A stretch of 63,946 bases of DNA, the filler included, from Conidiobolus incongruus B7586 (taxonomy: Eukaryota), in assembly GCA_000697335.1 (NCBI GenBank). It is 5 parts of 5 records of this genome, joined end to end, with 100 filler letters (N's around TTAATTAATTAA, not from the genome) between each part and the next. Parts side by side here need not be neighbours in the genome. Positions count along the whole stretch, not along the records: positions 1 to 30,413 come from JNEM01006284.1; positions 30,514 to 46,071 come from JNEM01006287.1; 3 more parts are not named here. One strand, 5' to 3'. The notes below the pieces were generated by a model. That model searched no databases, was not told the origin of the DNA, and worked only from the letters and a program-made list of their open reading frames with translations. Of the stretch, positions 28,347-40,066 are shown piece by piece. The translations under genes and the position numbers were made by a program. The number at the start of each line of letters is the position of its first letter. The first letter of the stretch is position 1.

Positions 28347-28785
28347 TGATGAAGAATAATCTTGTCCATCACTCAAGAAACTCTGACTATTGCACTAATG
28401 CAAGAAGTCACATTGGAAGTACTTCATTTTATGAACTAGTCTAACTTAGTGCTTTCCACCTGAAGTTATTCATAGCCACCCAAACTCAACAATTGAACCT
28501 ATTATAAGATCATCACAAGCCAATCAATAAACCTATCTTTCTATCTTCATTTTCAAAAGTATCCAGTCTCTAAGTTTTTCTCGTAACACTCACAAAACGT
28601 ATTGAGTTGTGACGAGCGTGAGATATTTACTTTATTCGAAGACCTTGATTTGCAGTAAGCTATTTTCACCCAATTTGGTGAACCCTCTTAATTTCCCTTA
28701 ACCTTGTGGTAATCTATCATTTACCACTGGCGATTCCCCGTTTAAGCTCTAAAAGACTACTTCCTCCCACGTTTACGGTCGTCAA
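28347..28785 (+). mobile_element. LTR-like sequence (28347-28588) plus leader remnant
   Basis: GC-richer island with TG start, TATA-like TATTATAA, then AATAAA, ending CTCGTAACA like the LTR end at 22241; no ORF. Confidence 0.45.
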
Positions 28786-30413
28786 TATATATATATATAT
28801 ATTATTAGACTATCATAATATATTATTTTGTTTAAAACTTTATTTGTTTATACTATGTATTATTATTTTAACTTGAAATTTCTAATAAATTGAATTTTAT
28901 TATTTTCATAAATTAATATTTTTTAATATATTTAATAAATTATATAAAAATTAAATAGTTTATATAATTGACAATTATATATTTGGATTTAAATTATCAA
29001 ACCAATTATATTATAACCAAAATCTATTTTCTGTGGTTTTATATGTGTATTGTAAAACTCTGTTGTTTATAGTTTTATAGATTTAAGAATGGTGAAAATT
29101 GATATTGGGATTAATATCGTTGGAAGCTATTTTTTCAAATAAAAGATGCCAAATTTGGTTATAAATGTATTATAAAATTAAATATAAAAATAAGAGAAAG
29201 ATTTGATTTTATTATTCTATAATATATATTTATATTATAGAAAATATAACTAGAATACTAGTTGCATCAATTAAATCATTATTTTTTAACAAAAACACAC
29301 CTTATTTTATGACTCATATATATATCAATATGGATATAAATATTATTTAAAATGATTTTTGTAAATCAAAATAATTATAGAATTAATTTGATATTTAATT
29401 TAAAATCAATCAATATTCAAAAAATAATATACTTTTTAAATTTAAAATTATTTAATTTTTATATATTTTGAATAGTAAATAAAACCTAAAGTATTATAAA
29501 TATTAAATCTTAATTAGCTTTAATATGATAATTTAATTATATAATTCAGATTAAAATATAAGGTTTAAATAAAAATAATAAATAAAATTATTTTAATAGC
29601 TATTATCAAATAATTATCATAAAAATTTTTTAATATAATATTATAAATTCAGAAAAAAATGATTATTTTTATTAAATATTAAAATATTAAAATATTAAAA
29701 TATTAAAATATATAATTTATATCAAATATTAAATAATAATTGATTATTCTATTAAATATATAGAAATTTTAATATAAAATAATTTGAAATTTTTAAAATT
29801 TTAATTTAACTATATATTATGAATTATTATAAAAATATTTGTTGTAAAACTCCTTCGTTTACAGTTCCATAGGGTTCGGGATGGCGGAAATCAACTTTGT
29901 GGTTAGCGTCGTGTGAAGTCATTTTGAATGTTAAATATGAAAAAACTAAAAGATTTTCTTTATTGTTCAAAATAAAAAATATCTTTTATATTGCAACTAC
30001 ATACCACTAAAATATCTGATGCTTTTTATTATTGTATCATCTATTAACATGAACATGCTTAAACTATATGACTCATAAATACAATAATATTAAAAAAAGA
30101 TATTATTTATTTGCTTTTATTACAATTTTTTTTAAAAAAATATTTTTTAATAAATTATAAATTGGTTATTATATATATTTAAATTTATTATATAAAAGTT
30201 ATTTTATATATTATAAAAATCTACTTAATAATAATAATTTTCAAAGTTTAAATTATTATAGAAAATTATCAATAAAAATTTTTTTTTCCAAAATCAATAA
30301 ATATATCTAAATTAATTTTTATTATATAATTGTTTTGATGATTATAAATAATAATAAATATTTAATATAATAATTAATTAACTATAATATGTAAAATTTC
30401 AAAAATATTATAT

Positions 30414-30513
30414 NNNNNNNNNNNNNNNNNNNNNNNNNNNNNNNNNNNNNNNNNNNNTTAATTAATTAANNNNNNNNNNNNNNNNNNNNNNNNNNNNNNN
30501 NNNNNNNNNNNNN
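30414..30513. other. Assembly gap with TTAATTAATTAA spacer (same at 46072-46171, 59670-59769, 62838-62937)
   Basis: Identical N-run/12-mer/N-run 100-bp cassette occurs four times. Confidence 0.98.
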
Positions 30514-30971
30514 AAGTGGCCTCCTCAATCTCCTAACTTTAATCTAATTGAACACCTTTGGGATTAGTTAAAAAAAGCTATTAAAGCTTTCCCCCCAGCA
30601 AAAAATTTAGATCAACTTTGGGAATATGTTCAAGAAGCATAGAACAAGATTAACCCTTCCTAGTGTAAGAAGTTAGTTGATTCTATACCCCACAGACTTA
30701 AAGAAGTTAGAAAAGCTAAAGGTGGATACACTAGGTTTTAATTTTTTTTTATCACCAAAAACCCACAAATTTATGACTCACCTTAGGTAAAATTTAAGGG
30801 TTTATATTTTAGCCAATTAATAGCTAAATATCCTCATTTAATGATATATATAACTAATAAATATAATAGATTTTAATTATTTAATTTTGGTTTATTTTAT
30901 TAAATATTAATCAAGTTATTAGTAAAAATATAGGTGTTTTTGATTTTATGACTCACTTTTGCAGGTCAGTG
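30514..30971 (+). mobile_element. Tc1-family DNA transposon, 3' part: inactivated transposase C-terminus 30514-30741 and right terminus
   Basis: KWPPQSPNFNLIEHLWD*...DSIPHRLKEVRKAKGGYTRF matches WPxQSPDLNPIE..W and SMP.R...V..AKGG.T. Terminus ...TTTTGCAGGTCAGTG is followed by TA. Confidence 0.92.
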
Positions 30972-31107
30972 TATTAAAATAAAAGATTTTTAATGATCAT
31001 TATAAATTTTATAAATGATTAAATTAAATAATAAATTTTCAAAAGTTCATTTTTTAATAAAAAAACATTATATATATATAGTTTAAAATTATTTATTTCC
31101 AATTTAA

Positions 31108-31138
<31 letters not shown>

Positions 31139-31305
31139 TCTGAAATTAATAAATTTCCCAATTCTTCAATTCTGTTGTAAAAATATACAAAACAAAAATC
31201 CCATATAATAAAAAATGATGTCATTAGAAACAATTTTGGATTGAATTAAAAAACGTCACAAAGAGTTGAAGCTGTTTATATTAAATTAAACTAATAAGTA
31301 ACAAT

Positions 31306-32081
31306 ATGAATCCTCAAGGTATTTTCATTTATTATAATGGTTGATAGTTTATGAGTTATTAATTTATATGGTTTTTAGAGCAACAGTTAATGGGTTTCTT
31401 TCGTATGGTCGATAGGTAGCTATCTATTCACTGCACTTATATATTATTGTTTAATTCAATTTCATTAGAGACAATACCGGTCATCTCAGTGCTGTCGAAT
31501 TACAACAAGCTTTAGTGAATGGGGACTGGAGCCAGTTCAGCATTGAAACTGTTCAACTTATGATTGATTTATTCGACAAGGACCAAACCGGCACTCTCAA
31601 CTTCCAAGAATTCGTAGGCATTTGGAATTATATCAACCAGTGGCGCAATCTCTTCTACCAATTCGACCAAGATCGCTCAGGCTATATCGGCGTAAACGAA
31701 TTGGGCAACGCTTTGAGAAGTTTTGGCTTTAATGTGAATGACCAATTCGTGACTCGTCTGTTGAGAAAATATGTCAAACATAGTAAATTATTCACTAATT
31801 TATTATTCCCTTAATTTAACTGTTGTTTTATTCAAGCTAATCCTAATAAAGCTTCAGGAGGTCAGCAAGCTATACAGAATCCCCAGGTGCCTTTTGATAC
31901 CTTTATCAGAGCTTGCATCGAAGTTAAGATGGCTAATGATGCTTTCAGACAGAACGATCCTCAAAATCGCGGATCCATCACTCTGAATTACGATCAAGTA
32001 AGTGAAAACTATATTATATATGCTGAAACAATTCCAATTTATTTTTTATTTTAGTTTATGGATATTTATGGTCTGAAATAA
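31306..32081 (+). CDS. PEF1: Penta-EF-hand protein (Pef1/ALG-2/peflin-like); exons 31306-31318, 31379-31415, 31469-31782, 31837-31997, 32055-32081; 183 aa
   Basis: EF loops DRDNTGHLSAVE, DKDQTGTLNFQE, DQDRSGYIGVNE; ALVNGDWSQF; GSITLNYDQFM; four GT-AG introns keep the frame. Confidence 0.9.
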
Positions 32082-32315
32082 ACTATAATGATTGATGTTT
32101 TATGATTAATTAAAATTCATGTTGAAGTATAAAGCATAAAAATTTAAAAATTCAATAGTAGTAAAGTGATATAGCAGTATAATTATGAAATTCGAAAATT
32201 ATTATGATGAATTAAAAAAAATATTTAAAATAAAATGATTGATGTATTATAAATGATTAAGATTGGTTGAAGTGATATGAATTAAATATATTTAGATCCT
32301 CATAGGAAGAGATAT

Positions 32316-32388
32316 GCTTCTTTGGCGCAGTTGGCAGCGCGTGAGTCTCATAATCTCGAGGTCGTCGGTTCGAACCCGACAGGGAGCA
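32316..32388 (+). tRNA. Elongator tRNA-Met(CAT)
   Basis: Acceptor GCTTCTT/AGGGAGC, anticodon loop CTCATAA, T loop TTCGAAC. G1:C72 and the T-loop sequence indicate elongator, not initiator. Confidence 0.96.
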
Positions 32389-32914
32389 GTAAATTTTTTT
32401 GGAATTTTAGATCTTTATCATTTCATCATTAATTTTTACTTTTTTTCATTTCTATTCTGCTATTCTATAATATTTTTCCAATCAATTTCTATTTTTTCCC
32501 TTTTCAACTATTATTATTAATTCTGACCTTTTTTATCATTTTTATCAATCATTTAATCAATTAAAATGATTAGATTAGATAAAAAGATAAAAATTATATT
32601 GTTTAACAATCACATTAGGTATGGGAATATAAATTTATATTATGCCAAACCACAGCTCAAAATTAATGATTGAAAATTTTATATATAAAATTTATCAAGT
32701 AGATATTAATAAATATTTAGTGTTGAAAGTAATATTGCTTAGAGGTAGAATGAAATATAACAATAAAAAATAATAAAGACTTTATATAAATATTTGAATT
32801 TTTATGATTTATTGACTGATAGTGTTGAAATGGAATGGCTATTAATAATAATAATTTATAATACAATCAATCATTGACATCTTAATGCATTAGATGTAGA
32901 TGGTTGTATTTTGT

Positions 32915-33940
32915 TTAGTGTCTAATAGTGCCTAATATAGATGAAGCACCTTGCCCGAGTAGATTGTTGGCAATATCTTGACCAAGTTTGTCAGCGTCTT
33001 CCAAGCTATTTACAACAACACTACTTTCATGCGTCAAAACCTGTGTACCATCCAATGAAGCGACAAGTCCCTTTAGCGTGAGGGTGGTTTCGCCATTTTC
33101 GCCTTGTTGGATAGATGAAGTAACACCAATAGGTACACTACAACCACCTTCTAATGTACGCAACATTGCACGCTCACTCTGACATTGATATTGAGTGAAT
33201 TTATGTGTCAAGGGAGCTAAAGCATCGAGAATTTTCTGATCATTCTCTCTGCATTCAATCCCGAGGGCACCTTGGCCAACCGCGTACAAACTGATGTCGG
33301 GGGTGAGGATTTGGGAGATACGTTCGGCCCAGCCCAAGCGTTTGAGACCCGCTACAGCGAGGATAATGGCGGAGAAAGGACCATCTTCAGCATCAAGTTT
33401 AGCTATTCTGGTATTGAGATTGCCTCTCTAAATGATATATTAACAAATTTAAAATACATTAGATAATATTTATCTTACGATATCCTGGAATTCCAAATGA
33501 GGGAACTGACGTCTCAACTGAGTAATACGTCTAATACTACTGGTACCAACGACACTACCCTTGGGTAAGTCGTTCAAGGACTTGCCCTTGTTCTTCAAAC
33601 TCATAACCACAGCATCTCTGGGATCTTCGCGCTCCATAATAGCTCCAAGCACCATACCGGGAGGAAGAGTAGTGGGTACGTCTTTCAAACTATGGATAAC
33701 GATATCAACTTCATTAGCGGCCAAAGCCACTTCCAACTCCTTAGTAAAGAGTGACTTCTCGCCAATTTTAGATAGTGCGACATCGAGGACCTTATCACCA
33801 ACAGTAGAAATAGGAGTGATAGGGAATTCGCACTCAGGATAGATTTTCTTAAGTTCGCTACAGACGAACTCGGTTTGAACCATAGCTAGCTGAGATTTTC
33901 TAGAACCTACTCGAATTACTTTTAAATCACTTGATGACAT
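32915..33940 (-). CDS. HEM3: Porphobilinogen deaminase; exons 33940-33479 and 33427-32915, 324 aa
   Basis: [41 protein letters not shown] and [10 protein letters not shown] motifs. Confidence 0.97.
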
Positions 33941-34919
33941 GTTTGCTTAATATAATTTATAATCTGATGTGTTGATTGGTTTTTAAATAATTATCATTAA
34001 TTATTTTAATTGAAAAAGTTGAAATTGATGATGTGATAACTATTATTTTCAATTTTATAATAAATCTAAATCCTAAAGTTTATGGGATTGCTTAATACAA
34101 CTTTATCTGTATTGAATTACACACTCACAAAAAACTTAAATTATCACAAAATCCATTACTTGCTGAAAAATCATTTCAATTATTTTCGGGATTAATACAA
34201 AGTCTCTCACGGGTAATTCATACAATTTCAACTATAAAAATCATTATTTAATTAATTCCAATTGCTTTAGCTAATAAATTCTCTCCTCTTTTAAAAATAT
34301 TAAAATTAAAATGATGAGGGATAAATTAATTTATCATAAATCTAACTCTTTTCGGTTTAAAATTAAAAAAATATTAAGGAGCTTTCAGGGATAGATGAAA
34401 ACCTCATTAAAAAGATTTCAAATAGAATGTAATTTAAAGTTTACAAATTATAGTAACAGCTTTGAGAAATATAATTAAAGTTTGACTTTGTTAGAAAAAA
34501 AAAAGAAAATTAGTAATTTGATTATTAAAAAAATTAATTTTGATGATTTTAATAATTAATATTTGAATGAAATTTCATTCCATTTTTCGCTATTTTGAAA
34601 ACTGTCAATTTATATTACCAAAACACCTCGCTACATCAGTTACTTTAAAAGATCAAAATTTATAAAAATAGTAAATCTTAATAATTATATTAAATATTAA
34701 TTAATCAACTATTAAAGGTTTTATTTTCTGATAAATCGGTACCAATTTAACAGTTCAAAAAGTGTATTATAAATTAATATTTTTAAGTTAAAAATATTCA
34801 AAATTTGAACAATTTATATATAATATAGTATTATTAAAATATTATTAATAAAATTTTAATGTTAAATTATAAAAGAAACCAATTATAATTTTATTAATAT
34901 AATTTTTTTTTAAATTTTA

Positions 34920-36596
34920 TTAAAATTCAGTTTGAATTGTTTCATAAGCCTAAAATCAAAGTTATTAATACATAATAAAATTAATGAATTAATTAAAATA
35001 TTACTTGTGTAATTCCATCAAAGAATTCCCTAATGGGATAAACGAAGAAAGGTTGAGGATTCCAAAATCCTTGAAAATGTCCCAAATGACCTCCGCGATT
35101 TGTGGTGGCCAACAAGCAGTAAGGATTTGATCTAAATATATTCCGTTAATATAAATACAAATATAATTCTAATAAATCTAAATTTACTTAATATCATCAT
35201 AGGGAATACAATTTGCTATGGATATAGGATCATCTAAAGCATTTAAAAACATGGTAGGAACTTGAATATCTTTGACGAATCGATAACAACTTGATTCACG
35301 ATGGTAGTCAGCGACAGTTTTGAAATTATGTGCTTTGATAATGATATCATTATCGAAGTCGGCTACGTTGCGCCACTAAATTAAAATTAGAATTAGCGTA
35401 TACTAAAGATGATTGGATTATAAAGAGGCTACTGTTGAGGGTTGAGGATTATAAATCTTTAATTGTTCCTTATTTCTTAACAAAAATACGATTAATACTT
35501 TAATTTATTATTCTATTTTAATATTTACCTAATATAAAATTTTTTCAAACCTCTCAATAAGCCTGGTAAATATATATGTTTGCCAATCCAAGAATTATCT
35601 AAAATATCGTTACATCTATATAATGATAAGCTATTGGATCAAGTAGTAAGTAGTATAAATTACGTGAATAAATCAAAAGGGTTTCCCACTGTAAAAGCAC
35701 CACTCAACGGGGTAAGATGTCCCATTTCACCCAAGTACTAATCCAAATCATTATTGATTTTCAATCATCATACACTTAAATTTACCTTAGTTAAAATATT
35801 AGCACCTAACGAAAATCCCAGTGCAAATAAAGGTGCATTGGGATAGTAATCATTAAGAAAATTCACAACGAATTTCAAATCATCAGTAAATCCTGCAGAA
35901 AATGTTTTAGGCTTGGAAATTGGTAAAGTACCACCTAATCAAATGATTAATAACTGATATAATAATATTTAAAATGATGATTTACAGCCTCTCGCATTCA
36001 TCACTACGCAGTGATAATTGATATTTGATTTTTGTAACTGAATAATAGTTTGATGGATATATTCTTCCTTACTACCTACAAAACATTAATCTCTAATTAT
36101 CAATTCAATTCTACAATGACTTACTTCCTGATAATCCATGCAAAATCAATACAATAGGATTTTCAGTACTTGACTTTGGAATGTCTTCAGCCCAATCCAA
36201 AATTAAATTTTCTTTATCAGATAATTCTATCTTTTGTCTAATAATTCATCATTATTTCAAGTAAATAAAATTAAAAATATGATAAACTCACTGTTTATAA
36301 AATCCCAGTGGGATTGTAGTTTTGGACAGTGCGTAATAAATAGTCATCAAGTGACCGTTGAAGAGCCAGAACGTAGGCCAGTAGCACTTTACTGAGTTTA
36401 AATATTCACTTCTTGAGAGTATCCAATTCAACAGTGGAAACTCTTGTTTGCTAGCCTTATCCCTAAACCTTGGTTGGGAATGGCATTTCGCCAAGTTGAG
36501 TCGGTTGATATCCTTGTGATAATGGAGCTGCAATTTATCACCTATAAAAAAATTAAAAAAATATTTTAATATTGATACAAATAAATTGATTATCAT
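34920..36596 (-). CDS. Alpha/beta hydrolase, EHT1/EEB1/ABHD1-3 family, copy A (multi-exon)
   Basis: NGHLMT, LHGLSG, nucleophile elbow GFSLGANIL, NALDDPI, GGHLG; many short GT-AG introns. Confidence 0.9.
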
Positions 36597-37422
36597 GATT
36601 GCTCAATTTAAAACTAAGTAGAGTTTCGGAAGGATGTGATATGTATTTATATATGATTTATTATGTGCTGATCAATTATGGATTCATTTTTGATAAAAAG
36701 GATAATTAAATAGATAAGAATATGTGAAAATTAATCCAAAATTTAATTAATTTGATACATTTCAAATTGCGAAATATGGTATTTAGAAAAAACGTGTTGA
36801 ACTGGTTAATCTTTATTTTAATTAAACAAGGAGTTAATAGTTTATACTGAATCTGATATTATTTTTTTAAAATCTTTATAATAACTATTTTTGACAAATT
36901 ATTAAAATAGAGTTATATCCTTTAACCTTGACAAATTCCTCCAAATATACCTAGCCACCTATATCTATAGTATTCAACTTTTCTCATTTTACTTATAAAA
37001 CTTAAAAATTATCCTAATCTTTATCTAAAATTCAATAGATTAAATATATTAAATTGGAAAAGTTCTAAAGAAAATAATATGATTATAAATTAAAGTATAT
37101 TAAATTTCATATAAAAGGTTTATGAATTTATTTCAACAGATATAATTGAAATTATTAATAATTCGAATATGAATTAAAGTTTATATTTGTAGTATATTGT
37201 CCCAATTATTAAAAATATCTTAAAATATTGACAATAATTGATTTGAACACTAATTCCAAATGAATTTATGGTCAACTGCAAATCCTTAATGTGATAAAGG
37301 TTATTTTTGATAAATTAGTTTAATATCAAAACAAAAATAAAAGTACATATTACCACTATCAACTTATTTTAAATTTTAAATTTTAACTAATTAAAAAAAT
37401 TATTAAATATCAGTATTCAGTT

Positions 37423-39181
37423 TTATTCAATGGATTTAATTCCATTTTCTATTAACTTGTAAGCCTAAATAATCAAATCATTAGCTTGTATTCTACCATA
37501 AATTTAAATTGACTTACATTCTGCAAACAGTTGAAATATTCGGGTACCATTTTTGTGAAAAAATGAGAGGGCTGGAATGTACCTTCCCAGAACCCCAAAT
37601 GACCTCCAATGCTAGATGTGACTAGTAAGAGATGGGGATTACATCTAAAGGTTATTTCAACTGTTAGTATGTATGATAAATATTGATAAATGATTGATTA
37701 CTTAATTTCTTCTACGGGGATAGCTGCAACATGACAAATAGGATCGTCAGCAGCACATAGGAATAGAGTGGGAGTGCGAATGTGATCAATCCAGCGATCG
37801 CTACTATTATCCCTGTAATACTCGTTAGCAGTTTTATAGCCGTAGACTTTGGAAGTAATATATTCATCAAAATCCATAGCCAATTTCCACTAAAGTTTCA
37901 AAATTAATTATAGTAATATTTATAATTTTAAATTAATTTACTTGAGTATTAAGTGGTTGAATCACTTTATCGAAATGAATGCGGTGTCTAATGTAATTTA
38001 TGTTATTGTCAATTGATTCAAATAAGTCACAAGTATTACCTCGTATAATAATTCGTCAATCCATTTAATAAAGCTGGCGAGTATACTTTTCTACCCAAGA
38101 AAGTTTGTCCCAGCATTCTATTAACACTATAATTATCAAGTTAATAATTTTCTCCTATTGTTTAATTTGATAAAGTATTTACAATACAAAATCAAAAGGA
38201 TTTCCAACTACAAAAGCACCTGAAAATAGACAATTTTCGCCCATTTCACCCAAATACTAATTAATGATTAGTAATTTTATCGAATAATTAATTGATATCA
38301 CCTACTTTAGTGAGAAGATTAGCACCAAATGAGAAACCGACACCATAAAGAGGTGCATTGGGGAATTTTTGATGAATATAATTCACAATATAATCAATAT
38401 CGCCAATGTAACCTGCATTATAAAATTTAGGTGTAGTGAGCTCGGTATTGCCACCTAATGATTAAAATGATCTGGTTAAAGTTCAAATCAAAAAAAGTCT
38501 GATTTAAATTATATTACATCCTCTAAAATTCATTACAACGGAAGTATATGGAGTAGGTTGTTTGTTCAGAGTTTGGACAATTTCTTGAATGTAATGTTCT
38601 GAACTGCCTAAAGATCATAAGAGTTAGACCAATTAGTTATATTAATAAATCAATATGAATATCACCTCCAGAAAGTCCGTGAAAGAAGATAATAATAGGG
38701 ATAGTGGTATTTTCTTCGGGAATTTCACTCCAATCTAATGACAATTGACCTCCATCTTCGAATTGGATCATTTCCCTAATCAAGATTAGGAATTTCTATG
38801 CTAGCTTAAAAATTTATTAACTATTTACCTCACGTATTTAACATCCTTAATAGGCTTAACAAATTTAAAGTAACCAGTCATCAAAAGCCCACTCCTGAGC
38901 CAAAAAGTCGGGAAATATTTGTTAACTTGGCTTATTGTAGTACAATTCTCCAGTATCCAAGACTTCAGAGCAAAAGGCTTAACTCTGTCAGCATATTTTT
39001 TCAAGGATCTGTTAGGATGAGAATTTATTAAATTTAATTGATCAAGCTCATCATTGTAGTTCAAAGTGAATGTAGCTGGTGTGAATAATTCCAATACTTT
39101 AAAAATTATGAAACCCAGACTGAGTGCATAAATATATGGGATAAAAATGGGTGGAATGAATTGAGTTATACATTTAATCAT
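37423..39181 (-). CDS. Alpha/beta hydrolase, EHT1/EEB1/ABHD1-3 family, copy B (multi-exon)
   Basis: N-terminal hydrophobic anchor, DGGQLSLDW, FHGLSGG, GFSFGANLL, AADDPI, GGHLGFWEG. Confidence 0.9.
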
Positions 39182-39255
39182 CCTTTTTTATTTTTATCTA
39201 TTAATTGAAATATGATTTAAAATGAATTGAATTTATGATTAATTAAGGTAATCAA

Positions 39256-39303
39256 CCCCCTTTTATACTAAAAATTTAAAAAACGTGGGAGTAGTCACGT
39301 GAT
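39256..39303 (-). promoter_or_regulatory. TATA box and palindromic E-box upstream of hydrolase B
   Basis: TAGTATAAAAGGGGG on the minus strand, also conserved upstream of copy C at about 41904-41920, and GTCACGTGAT at 39294-39303. Confidence 0.5.
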
Positions 39304-40066
39304 ATATATTTTTTAATAGTTATACCACTATGAAATCAAATTTAGATTAAATTTATAGATTAATTTAAATAAAAAAAAATTAATTTTATAAAGTATATTA
39401 TTTTTTTTATAATTATTTAAAAAAAAATTAATATTTTTAAAATCTTGAATTATTACCAATATATATAACCTAAAAATATTATTAAAAATGAATAAAATTA
39501 TAATAATTTTAAATTTTATTAAGAGAAATAATAAAAAATTTTTTAATTAATCCGTTAAAATTAATTGAAATTTTTATTTTTTCGGGTAAAATAATTTCAC
39601 ATAAATATATTTCAGGGTTTTTTTTCTCGGTGATTTTATCGGGGTACAAAATACAAAAATTTAGATATAATACGCTATAAGTAAGTTGTGATATCAAGAT
39701 AAATTTATTTTGAGTAATGATTAGTTATATTATATTAACGATCATTTGATAGTTTTTCTTATAAGTATGATACCAATGTTGAACCAAGAATTTAATCACA
39801 ACAAATCAATGGTATTTTGATGTTAATTAAGTTTTATAATTTATATAGCAGGTATATTATATATTACAAAATCCAAATCTATACTAAAATTTTTTTTAAT
39901 ATTTGTGCTATTATAAAGTATCAATTTATTATTAAAATTTATAATTGTAAAATTTCTCAACTCAAAACTCAATATTTTTAAATATAGATAGTATTTTTAA
40001 CATAATATAATATAATCATAATTAGATGGAGTATTTTATTTAATGTAATAATTTTTTAAGGAATAT

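Noticed and set aside
28730..28755. TTCCCCGTTTAAGCTCTAAA resembles part of the f1 phage origin
   Set aside because: Short imperfect match with non-matching flanks; coincidence, not vector contamination.
30458..30469. TTAATTAATTAA repeated inside four N-runs
   Set aside because: Scaffolding spacer with stops in all frames; not biological.
32314..32520. 68-aa ORF
   Set aside because: Overlaps tRNA-Met and a T-rich tail; spurious.
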